Both the position numbers and the translations under genes were made by a program. A DNA stretch of 31,627 nucleotides from a virus (Duplodnaviria; Caudoviricetes): IMG/VR virus record IMGVR_UViG_3300042340_000306, positions 1 to 31,627 of that record, one strand, 5' to 3'. Below are positions 1 through 7,813 of this stretch, in pieces. Below the pieces are notes generated by a model, which worked only from the letters and a program-made list of their open reading frames with translations, was not told the origin of the DNA and made no database searches. How positions within the stretch are numbered: the stretch's first letter is position 1; the number at the start of each line of letters is the position of its first letter.

Positions 1-2
1 TT

Positions 3-335
3 GAGGCGCACTTCCTTGAGCTCGCCTTCGTTGTAGACACCCGCTGGTGGCGTTGGTCCACAAACACCCTCTGGTGTCTGGTTGATCAGGTACGTGCAAC
101 CTTCGTACTCCACGAAGTAGCAGTACAGCGCACTGAACGGAAGTGTGAACCCGATCTTCTGCAGGTACCAATCGCAGAACCTGATCTGAAGCGGCGGATC
201 TGCTCCCTCGCAACAATTCCCGCACTCGCGCACGCATGGCTGCTGCGAGTAGTTCACGCACTTGTTGGCCACGTATAAATAGTTCGGTACAACCGTGCCA
301 CAGCAGCATGCAGTTGTGACAATTGCGCCAATCAT
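3..335 (-). CDS. Cysteine-rich protein, runs off the window edge (probable virion/tail protein)
   Basis: Not in the ORF track; translated by hand as MIGAIVTTACCCGTVVPNYLYVANKCVNYSQQPCVRECGNCCEGADPP... with no stop to the edge. Its ATG overlaps the stop of the upstream gene (ATGA at 332-335). Confidence 0.75.
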   Translation of the reverse strand, partial: MIGAIVTTACCCGTVVPNYLYVANKCVNYSQQPCVRECGNCCEGADPPLQIRFCDWYLQKIGFTLPFSALYCYFVEYEGCTYLINQTPEGVCGPTPPAGVYNEGELKEVRL

Positions 336-1594
336 GGGCTCGGGCACGCACCGTATATCTGATTCGGAGCCGTAAACCACCACTTGGCGTTCACGTTGCC
401 CTCCTTGATTGCCATTACAACGGTGCCAATCGGAACGGAGTCATACGAAAATCCGTCGTAAGTGCCAGTCAGCGTGATTGCACCAGTACCGGAAGTCGAA
501 CCAACACTTAGGCCATACACACTACCGGCATTATTTGCCACCTCAAGTCCGTTGTATGCAGTGAACGTTGATCCGCGTCCCTCCGTAAACGGAAACGTCG
601 TGATCGGCGCAACAGATGAGTCAGAGTCGTACAGCCGTTTTACCGTATACGTCCAGAAGGTGTTTCCGGCAACACGATCAGCCTTCGTGATGATGAACAT
701 GCCGATGTCCCTGGTCGTCTCCGCCGTCACGCGACCCTTGCCGTCAACGGTGATGTCCGTCGCAAGCGTGGTGGCAGGAATCGCCGCAAGCGCAGGCGTC
801 ATCGAGATGTTCTTCAGCTGCAACTGATTCGTCGGAGTCAGCGTCGAGTTGAAGGACGTCGTCGTATCGACCGTGATCTTCTTGTAATCCGTGAACCGCC
901 CGAACGAGTCGGTGGTTACGCCGGCAACCAGCTCGTTCGTCCCGTCCGTCGTCACGGCAGTGGTGATCGTCTTGAGCTTCAGGTTGCCCGAAGACGGATT
1001 GAACGAGTCCGTCGTGTCGTAGTTCAGCCCGATAGTGATGTTTCCGGAGAACGAGTTTCCGGATCCACCAGCGATCAGAAGCGGTCCCGTTCCCGCAGTG
1101 CTGCCGGTGTTGACCGTCAAGTTGCCGGTCGTGCCGGTTCCGCTAGGTGGGTCAATCGTGATGACGCCGCTGCCGGCTGGATTCTCGTAGACAAGGCCGG
1201 ATGTCCAGCTACCAAAGTCAAGTTCGGTAACGTTTTCAATGGTGACTAGCGTCGTGCCATCGTCGTAAGTCACGGCGATGTTGCCACCGGCCTGCCCCAA
1301 ACCAAACGGCATTCCCTGGTTCACGTGGAAGTTCACCGGCGGGAACATGCCCATCACCGGGAACTGAAACGGAATGAACTGTCCGGAAGGCGGAAGACCG
1401 GACCACGAAATCAACGGATTCGGCTGGGCAGGAACGCCCGGCGGCTGGAAGAAGAAGCCGTAGGGGTACGCGCCATCGCCCTCCTGGTTGAACAGATCCT
1501 GCGTACCGGCAATGTTCCTCTGGTCCCAAAGGATCGGGTTCGGAAACCCGTTCTTTTCCTCGCGGCCAGCCCCGAATCCTGGAAGTGATGTCAA
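332..1594 (-). CDS. Putative tail fibre/tail-associated protein (420 aa)
   Basis: Gly/Thr/Ser-rich. Fibre-type repeats VTTDSFGRFT / ITVDGKGRVT and DTTDSFN..LKLKTI / DTTTSFN..LQLKNI. ATGA-coupled to both neighbours in the structural operon. Confidence 0.65.
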   Translation of the reverse strand: MTSLPGFGAGREEKNGFPNPILWDQRNIAGTQDLFNQEGDGAYPYGFFFQPPGVPAQPNPLISWSGLPPSGQFIPFQFPVMGMFPPVNFHVNQGMPFGLGQAGGNIAVTYDDGTTLVTIENVTELDFGSWTSGLVYENPAGSGVITIDPPSGTGTTGNLTVNTGSTAGTGPLLIAGGSGNSFSGNITIGLNYDTTDSFNPSSGNLKLKTITTAVTTDGTNELVAGVTTDSFGRFTDYKKITVDTTTSFNSTLTPTNQLQLKNISMTPALAAIPATTLATDITVDGKGRVTAETTRDIGMFIITKADRVAGNTFWTYTVKRLYDSDSSVAPITTFPFTEGRGSTFTAYNGLEVANNAGSVYGLSVGSTSGTGAITLTGTYDGFSYDSVPIGTVVMAIKEGNVNAKWWFTAPNQIYGACPSP

Positions 1595-2745
1595 ATGTTC
1601 CTCCAGTCGTTGAGCGGATTGTCGGCGGTGCTCCTCTCAAAGTACTTGCCCGTACGCATCTGCTTGTTCGCGAAGTGATCCATTGCGGTCTTCATCGCGT
1701 CCTTGTACTGCAACTGCAGCATCTGGAACTGGGCCCCAGAGATCTTCTTGTACGTCCCGAGCTTGATGGCCCCACCAACCGCAACCGCCTCGAAGAGCGA
1801 CTCGAGTCCGAAAGGCGCATACTCAACCGTGATCGAGCCAGGTGTCGCGTAGGTAAACGGCAGTCGCACCTGGGTCTCAAAGAACGTAGCGTTCTTTGTC
1901 CACTTAGAAATGATGCGCTCCTCGACGATGCCCGTGCTGGTGAGGATCCTCAATACGCAACCGAGGTACGCGTTGTCCCGGCGGTCAATCACACCAAGCG
2001 CCGGAGTTCCGGTCAGAGAAAAGACGACAGTATCCGACACTACGCTAAATGACAGTCCCGTGGTAGATCCACCAACAGTCACAAGAGCGGTGCCACCAAG
2101 CGTCTCCGACAGCGTGAACGTCGTCGATCCGTTCGTGACGATGATGTAGTACGTCTTGCCGCTTGAGTATCCGTTAATTGTCCCACTTCCGGCATTGGTT
2201 CCCGTGATCGTAATCGCTTGGCCGACAATCAAAGTTGTCGATGAGCACGAAAACTGACCAGCAGTGCCCGCAATATTGACACCAGAAGGTGCGCCAAGCA
2301 GTGTCGCTGTCGTGCGGAACGGGGCAATCTCGCCGTTGTGGATGAATTGCAGCTCGAGGTCGTTGTAGTCCTGGTCCGGAGTCGGGGTGAACACCATCAT
2401 GTTCCCCTCGATCTTCCAGTTGGGTCCGCGGTAGTGCCACTCGGTGCGGGGCATCGCCTCGCGGCTGACCCAGTCGTCGTGGTTGCGCTGTGCAAGACGC
2501 CACACCTCGCCGACGCATGGCGGCAGCTGGTAGTACGGAGAGCCCTTGGTGATCGGAAACGGGATCCAGGTGCTGATCGCGTTGGTCGTCGAGTTGTTGA
2601 TGCGCGACGCAACCGACGCAAACATCGGACTGATGATGTTCCGCACCAAGAAGCTGTCGTCGTACTTGGCATCCAATGACGCATCATCAAGATACGCACG
2701 GGTGCGCTCGATCACGGTATCAAGGAATCCGCCGGTTGAGTCCAT
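1591..2745 (-). CDS. Putative head-tail adaptor/neck protein with an inserted beta-rich domain (384 aa)
   Basis: Position downstream of the capsid gene. Helical N-terminus followed by YYQLPP and FTPTPD motifs resembling podoviral adaptor proteins. Central G/T/S-rich insertion. Confidence 0.55.
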   Translation of the reverse strand: MDSTGGFLDTVIERTRAYLDDASLDAKYDDSFLVRNIISPMFASVASRINNSTTNAISTWIPFPITKGSPYYQLPPCVGEVWRLAQRNHDDWVSREAMPRTEWHYRGPNWKIEGNMMVFTPTPDQDYNDLELQFIHNGEIAPFRTTATLLGAPSGVNIAGTAGQFSCSSTTLIVGQAITITGTNAGSGTINGYSSGKTYYIIVTNGSTTFTLSETLGGTALVTVGGSTTGLSFSVVSDTVVFSLTGTPALGVIDRRDNAYLGCVLRILTSTGIVEERIISKWTKNATFFETQVRLPFTYATPGSITVEYAPFGLESLFEAVAVGGAIKLGTYKKISGAQFQMLQLQYKDAMKTAMDHFANKQMRTGKYFERSTADNPLNDWRNI

Positions 2746-2746
2746 G

Positions 2747-3277
2747 TCAGGTCACCTTTGCGATGTTCTTGAGCATCTCGCACGTCTTGCGGTACGACTC
2801 TCCGCCCTTCGACTCGCCAACCCACGGCTGTGCGCCGGTTTCAATTCCGTGCGCTGCCCGGTCGTGGCCGCGGTTCTTCAGACGCTTGACGGTCGCCATC
2901 TTCTCATGCGCGTGGTCTTGCATCATCGAGCGACGCTCGCTGGCAGCCTTGCGCATCTGGTCTTTCATGGACTTCACGGTCTCGTCCACGGGCGAGCACC
3001 GAGCCTTGAGTTCCTCAGCAGACATCCATCCGCCGCGATCCGGCGCAATGGGAAACGCCTCAAGCTCTAGGCACACGTCCGGCTTGAACAGCCACTTTGC
3101 CAGCACGAAGTTCTCCGTGCGGCGGTGCCGATACAGGAACAGCTCGGGAATGCCCGTGACACGGCGCGCAAACCGGATCCAATCGCCGTCCGGCAGAATC
3201 TCGTGATCCTGGTCCATCGCGAGACCGGCGCACGCGGCTTCCCACTTCGGGTCGAAAGTGATCTCAATCTGCGTCAT
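2747..3277 (-). CDS. Hypothetical protein (176 aa)
   Basis: Clean ORF, coupled to both neighbours, with typical phage codon usage. Confidence 0.75.
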   Translation of the reverse strand: MTQIEITFDPKWEAACAGLAMDQDHEILPDGDWIRFARRVTGIPELFLYRHRRTENFVLAKWLFKPDVCLELEAFPIAPDRGGWMSAEELKARCSPVDETVKSMKDQMRKAASERRSMMQDHAHEKMATVKRLKNRGHDRAAHGIETGAQPWVGESKGGESYRKTCEMLKNIAKVT

Positions 3278-3429
3278 CGCTTTGCCATCTTCTTGAACGT
3301 CTTGGCGAGGTTGTACCGCTTGCTACCCGGCGGGCAGGTGGGTCCACCCATCTTCTTGCCGGTGCACACGCCCTCGGTGCCACGACGCTTGATGTCAGCC
3401 ACGACCTTGCCGATCCACTTCTTGGCCAT
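3274..3429 (-). CDS. Small basic protein (51 aa, MAKKWIGKVVADIKRRG...NLAKTFKKMAKR)
   Basis: Hand-translated, below the ORF-track cutoff. Fills the gap exactly (ATGA overlap on one side, TAA-C-ATG on the other). Confidence 0.75.
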   Translation of the reverse strand: MAKKWIGKVVADIKRRGTEGVCTGKKMGGPTCPPGSKRYNLAKTFKKMAKR

Positions 3430-3430
3430 G

Positions 3431-3670
3431 TTAGTACTTTGGAAGATTGTCTACCGGAGATTCACCACGAGCTGCACGAAGTCTATTAATCAACTTCAAT
3501 GTATCTCTCAAGGTCATTTTCCCTTTAAAATCACGAAGCTTAGATTTGAGTTTTTCAGAACCAATTGATTCTCCTGCAAACGGATCTTCTTTTGGAATAC
3601 CACGTTTTGGAAACATGGCTTTTTCAATTTCCGCCATGCTTGGAACTTGAAAACGCTGTTTTCTTGGCAT
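3431..3670 (-). CDS. Small basic hypothetical protein, AT-rich (79 aa)
   Basis: ORF fills the gap with 1-nt spacers on both sides. About 39% GC by hand count. Confidence 0.65.
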   Translation of the reverse strand: MPRKQRFQVPSMAEIEKAMFPKRGIPKEDPFAGESIGSEKLKSKLRDFKGKMTLRDTLKLINRLRAARGESPVDNLPKY

Positions 3671-3671
3671 A

Positions 3672-3839
3672 TCAGTATCCCTTCTTGCCGCCGAACAGGC
3701 CGCTCATCTTCTTGCCGCAGCCGCAGCCCTTCTTGCCGCACGAGCACTTGCTGCCGCTCATGCCCTTCATGCCCTTGGGCTTAGAAGCACTGCGGATCTT
3801 GTCCTGAATCGACTTGATTGGGTTCTTCGAGATCTTCAC
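3672..3839 (-). CDS. Small Lys/Gly/Cys-rich protein (55 aa, MKISKNPIKS...SKCSCGKKGCGCGKKMSGLFGGKKGY)
   Basis: Hand-translated. GTG start overlaps the upstream stop (GTGA) and the ORF fills the gap exactly. Confidence 0.7.
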   Translation of the reverse strand: MKISKNPIKSIQDKIRSASKPKGMKGMSGSKCSCGKKGCGCGKKMSGLFGGKKGY

Positions 3840-4207
3840 TTGACCAACTTCCTTACTCGCCTGAGTGGCGAAACTTTCTTGCCGAACGCACCGTGCATAC
3901 CAACACGGCTCTTCTCTGACTTCTTGCTTGCCAGCTCACCGCCGCTCATCTCGCCCTTCGTCTTGGGCGTCTTGCTGCTTACACGGCGGGTGGGGCGGCA
4001 GTACTCGTTGGATCCGCCTGCACCGCACGCCTTTCCGCTCTTGGTGTCCTGCCACTTCTCCGCACCCCAGCGCTTGAGATTAGCGCCAGCCTGCGTCTTC
4101 CGCACGTTGCCGCTGGCCTTGCGGCACTTGGCCGTAGCCTGCGCAGCACGCGCCGACCACTTGCCGTACGAAGCCATCACCTTGCGGTAGCAGGAGTCCT
4201 TGGGCAT
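3836..4207 (-). CDS. Basic protein, DUF5872-like (123 aa)
   Basis: KWSARAAQ, LKRWGAEKW and CRPTRRVSSKTPKT motifs recalled from this viral family. Confidence 0.7.
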   Translation of the reverse strand: MPKDSCYRKVMASYGKWSARAAQATAKCRKASGNVRKTQAGANLKRWGAEKWQDTKSGKACGAGGSNEYCRPTRRVSSKTPKTKGEMSGGELASKKSEKSRVGMHGAFGKKVSPLRRVRKLVK

Positions 4208-4213
4208 CTTCTA

Positions 4214-4444
4214 TCAATCCTCGATAGAGGGCCTTGAACCTCTAAGCGCAATCTTGCGGGCTTCCTGCTTCAGCCGATTAATTTCCTTGCGTCCGGCAGT
4301 CTGGCGGAACTTCGATGGATCAAATCCGCGCTTTCTGATCAAGTTGTCCTCGATATCAGAAAGACGTTCCATGAACATTCGATGCTCTGAACCAATGTTC
4401 GGAGACACAAACTTCATTACGCCTTTGAGTGGGTTTCTTGGCAT
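4214..4444 (-). CDS. Small basic hypothetical protein (76 aa, MPRNPLK...)
   Basis: ATG at 4444 overlaps the upstream stop (TAATG). Lower GC than its neighbours. Confidence 0.65.
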   Translation of the reverse strand: MPRNPLKGVMKFVSPNIGSEHRMFMERLSDIEDNLIRKRGFDPSKFRQTAGRKEINRLKQEARKIALRGSRPSIED

Positions 4445-4692
4445 TAGCAGTTCCAAGCCCGCAGGCTCTTGTTGATGCGGGAGTTCGGGTCGTTCGCGGT
4501 CTTGCTGCTGGTCAACTTCTTCTTCATGCCCTTCATGCGAGCGCAGAAAGAGTTCCGGCGAGAGCCGCCCTCGGGCTGCGGGCGCTTCAGGTTGCCGCCG
4601 GTTGCACGGTTATACGCATTGCGGCCGAGCTCGCTCAGACCGCCAAGCGGGTTCTTGTGCTTGGCCTTGAAATCGAAGCGCTTCTTTGCCAT
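4444..4692 (-). CDS. Basic protein, DUF6321-like (82 aa)
   Basis: KNPLGGL...RRNSFCARMKGMKKKLTSSKTANDPNSRINKSLRAWNC matches a widespread aquatic-phage family. Confidence 0.8.
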   Translation of the reverse strand: MAKKRFDFKAKHKNPLGGLSELGRNAYNRATGGNLKRPQPEGGSRRNSFCARMKGMKKKLTSSKTANDPNSRINKSLRAWNC

Positions 4693-4693
4693 G

Positions 4694-5134
4694 TTATTCC
4701 TGGGTCAGCAGATAGCGGGTCTTCTGCACGAGCGCAAGCATCTCGTCACGGATGTTGAGGAGCGACGTCTCCTTCTCCCCGACGTCCTTCGGGATGTCGT
4801 TGCGCAGCACTCCCTCGAGATCACCAAGGATCTTCTGAACGTCCCCACCAACGGAGATCGAGGAGATGCCGGAAAGAACGTCGCGGCTCTTAGCGCCGAT
4901 GAGCGTCTCGACAAACGAGTCGATCAGTTCGTCCAGGCCCTCGTAGGCATTGCCGATTGCGTTGTGCTGGGCGTGCGACTTGGTGAGCCAGTGCTGCATC
5001 CGAAGCGACTGCTGCGCAGACATCAGCTTCTCAATGCAGCCACACTTCTTGCCCGACGACTGCGGTGGCATCTGCGGAGGTGCGGGCTTAGCGCCCTCGG
5101 TCTTCGGCGCATTGAAGAGTGGATTCTCTGCCAT
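4694..5134 (-). CDS. Ferritin/Dps-like four-helix protein, DUF5856-like (146 aa)
   Basis: HWLTKSHAQHNAIGNAYEGLDELIDSFVE shows the Dps-like HW..H..D..E pattern. C-terminal LLNIRDEML..YLL. Confidence 0.75.
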   Translation of the reverse strand: MAENPLFNAPKTEGAKPAPPQMPPQSSGKKCGCIEKLMSAQQSLRMQHWLTKSHAQHNAIGNAYEGLDELIDSFVETLIGAKSRDVLSGISSISVGGDVQKILGDLEGVLRNDIPKDVGEKETSLLNIRDEMLALVQKTRYLLTQE

Positions 5135-5140
5135 GCACGC

Positions 5141-5146
5141 ATGATA
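5141..5146 (-). promoter_or_regulatory. Candidate -10 element (TATCAT) for a leaderless transcript
   Basis: TATCAT lies 6 nt upstream of the ATG at 5134, there is no SD at usable spacing, and it sits just past the capsid terminator. Confidence 0.45.
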
Positions 5147-5157
5147 CGGACATCCCC

Positions 5158-5197
5158 AAAATACACATCCCCCTGCACCCGAAGATGCAGGGGGATG
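5158..5197 (-). terminator. Intrinsic terminator after the major capsid gene
   Basis: CATCCCCCTGCATC-TTCG-GGTGCAGGGGGATG (14-bp stem, cUUCGg loop) followed by TGTATTTT. Confidence 0.8.
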
Positions 5198-5235
5198 GCG
5201 TGGTTCCCGTCCGTAGACGGGGCCTCAGGGAGGAC

Positions 5236-6867
5236 TTACTCGCCGTACTGGCGGTCGGTAGTAACGTTGGTGAGCTTCAGACCGGCCGGCTGATCCGGGA
5301 CGAGCTGCATGCGCAGCATGCCCGGCATCTGCATGCCTTCGGTCACCAGGGTGCTGTTGCCAGACACACGCTGGATCGGCACCTTCACGTCCGCGTAGCC
5401 CAGGGCCGGGCCGACGAACTCGAAGGGGATGAAGCCTTCCGCCTTGTCAAACTTCTGGGTCCCCTTCGGGCTCGGCGGGACGTACTTCTTCCAGTTCTGG
5501 CCACCCTTGCGGATGCCGTAGACCGTGCCGTCCTCGATGTAATTCGAGGTGTAGCCGGTGTACGTGCGGCCGTCGAAGGTGAACTTGAAGCCTTCCTGGC
5601 TGCCCTCGTTGGTGAGGCTCGACAGGCGGTTGGTGCGGTCCAGCTGGTACTGGCCGATCTTCTGCGCCTCGTAGTTGAGCCACACGCCGTCCGAGGCGAT
5701 GAGGCAGTCGATGTACTGACCGTACTTCTCCTTCGCGCGGTGGAAGCCGCGGAGGTACTGACGCATCTTGTGCTCGGTCAGCGTGCCGACGCTCGACTTG
5801 AAGAACGACTTGAACTCCGGGTGGACGTTCACGTCAATCGCGTTCGAGGAGTCGTAATCGCCGCCCAGCAGGTTGCCGGTGTTCTTCAGCCAGCTGTTGA
5901 TGCCAGCGAAGCCGTAACCGTTCGAGGACGCAGGACCGCCACTGTTCAGCTTACGAGCATTCGCGAAGTACACATAGTACGTCGTCGGGGTGGTCGTGAA
6001 GCTGAACGCCGTTGCCGTGAGCGCCTGACCGAACGCGATGGTCACCTTGTTGGTGACCTCGTCGACGGCAGCAACCCAGGCAGACACGCGGGTGGTGTTG
6101 TTCTGGGAAGCAGCAGCGGACTGCGAATCGTTCATGCGGATCTGGGTCGCGGCGCTGGTGAAGATGTCGACGCGCATGCCGACGGCATAACGGTCGATGT
6201 TCTTCTCCGGAACCTGGAACCGGATCGCATTCGGGTTGTACGAACTTGCCGAAGCCGGAGCCGCAAACGTCGCAGGAGTGGTGGTCAGGAAGTTCGTCGA
6301 GTACTCGGCATTCGTCGCATCGAACGAAATGGTGCTCAGCTGGTAGTTCGCGTTCTCGGCGAGATACCAGTAGTTGCACAGGGTGTGCGCCATCAGGCGC
6401 GCATGACCCTCGAGCTTCGGGCCGATCACTTCGCCGATGAACGCCGGGGTGGCTTCAGCCGTCATCTCGCCGAGCGACATGTACAGGTTGGAGACCATGG
6501 CCTTCATGCCGACGCCAAGACGGTACGGCTTGGCCATCACGCCATCAGTGGCGTCCGGCCAAGTGTTGGTGTTCGACTGCTGCTGCAGCTTCGCACCAAT
6601 GTCCGTGACGGTCTTGTCGCCGTAGAGGACGAAGTTGTTGGTGTTGTCACCCATGTCCAGGACGCCGGCCATCGAACCCATGTAGATCTTGAGGATCTTG
6701 AGGTCACGACCGATGAGGGACGCGGGGCCGACACCCTGGCTGGTCACGAACGTGTCGCGCCAGGCAGGGTCGAGCGCCGGGAGGAAGAGCTCAATGTTCT
6801 TATTGAGCACCTCCTGAATCCGGTCGCTCTGCTTGTCAAACAGAGAGCCAGTGGTTGCGTAAGCCAT
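5236..6867 (-). CDS. Major capsid protein (543 aa)
   Basis: Order terminase-portal-scaffold-this gene. Strong SD (AAGGAGG), strongly biased codons and a downstream terminator. Confidence 0.75.
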   Translation of the reverse strand: MAYATTGSLFDKQSDRIQEVLNKNIELFLPALDPAWRDTFVTSQGVGPASLIGRDLKILKIYMGSMAGVLDMGDNTNNFVLYGDKTVTDIGAKLQQQSNTNTWPDATDGVMAKPYRLGVGMKAMVSNLYMSLGEMTAEATPAFIGEVIGPKLEGHARLMAHTLCNYWYLAENANYQLSTISFDATNAEYSTNFLTTTPATFAAPASASSYNPNAIRFQVPEKNIDRYAVGMRVDIFTSAATQIRMNDSQSAAASQNNTTRVSAWVAAVDEVTNKVTIAFGQALTATAFSFTTTPTTYYVYFANARKLNSGGPASSNGYGFAGINSWLKNTGNLLGGDYDSSNAIDVNVHPEFKSFFKSSVGTLTEHKMRQYLRGFHRAKEKYGQYIDCLIASDGVWLNYEAQKIGQYQLDRTNRLSSLTNEGSQEGFKFTFDGRTYTGYTSNYIEDGTVYGIRKGGQNWKKYVPPSPKGTQKFDKAEGFIPFEFVGPALGYADVKVPIQRVSGNSTLVTEGMQMPGMLRMQLVPDQPAGLKLTNVTTDRQYGE

Positions 6868-6904
6868 GTGAATCCGCCTCCTTGGCGGGTGGGGTCAGTG
6901 TTCG

Positions 6905-7813
6905 TCAGGCCTTCGTGTCCCCACCTGCGGAGACATCGACGGCAAGACGGGTGAGGGCGTCCGTGTTGAATTCACGAATCGCCGTGTCAACGGTCCCTCG
7001 ATCCATCCCCTTCTTGAATTCGGGGGCAGGGACCGGGGGCTTCGAGGAGATCGTGTCCACTTCGCTCACTGTTTCCGGAGACCGACCCAAAGAGTCCAGG
7101 TCTCCGATGACCGTAGCGTAAGAACGCGCCACCTCTTCAGCGGCTTTCGCCGCCTCTTCCTGGATCCAGTCTTCGCTGAAGTTTCCGCCGCTCTTGTCCC
7201 GCCTGTCATACAGACGGTCGAGGGTGGCCTTGCGAACCTGGTCCTGGATGGCCTGGTAGGCGCCCGTGGCGTGTTCACGCCCGCGAGACTTATCCAGACC
7301 CATCAACATCTTCGCGATCTCTCCGTTTCCGTCAATGGCAGAAACAATGCCTTTTTGCATTTCTTCACGCATCATGCGCAGACGGAGCTGCTTGGTTTCC
7401 TGTGCCAGACGGTCGTAACGGGGGTCATTCTGATCCATTTTGGGTTCCTCCTGAGTGTCTTCGGTGGCCTCCTCTTCGGCCTCCTCTTCCTGATCGCCTT
7501 CAACCTGAGACCGGGTCCAGTCCCGGACGTACTCCTTGATTTCCTGATCCGAGTAGCCGACGCCAGCCAGCATCTTCGACGCGGCATCCGCGATCTCGTG
7601 CTGCTCGCCCTCGCGCCGAATGAACTGGTTCGTCGCCTCCTGGAACGCACGGAGATCGTCAATCTCCTGAACCATGTCACCGGCCTTGCGAATCGTGTCC
7701 ACAAGATCGCCAATGCGAACCTGTTCGCCGTCGATCTCGACCATCATGTCGAGGTTGCTGACGACCCCACCTGCACGCGCGGGGGTGGAATTAATGTCTG
7801 CTTCGTCATCCAT
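6905..7813 (-). CDS. Capsid scaffolding protein (302 aa)
   Basis: Acidic, helical protein with an E-rich linker, between portal and capsid. Confidence 0.7.
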   Translation of the reverse strand: MDDEADINSTPARAGGVVSNLDMMVEIDGEQVRIGDLVDTIRKAGDMVQEIDDLRAFQEATNQFIRREGEQHEIADAASKMLAGVGYSDQEIKEYVRDWTRSQVEGDQEEEAEEEATEDTQEEPKMDQNDPRYDRLAQETKQLRLRMMREEMQKGIVSAIDGNGEIAKMLMGLDKSRGREHATGAYQAIQDQVRKATLDRLYDRRDKSGGNFSEDWIQEEAAKAAEEVARSYATVIGDLDSLGRSPETVSEVDTISSKPPVPAPEFKKGMDRGTVDTAIREFNTDALTRLAVDVSAGGDTKA

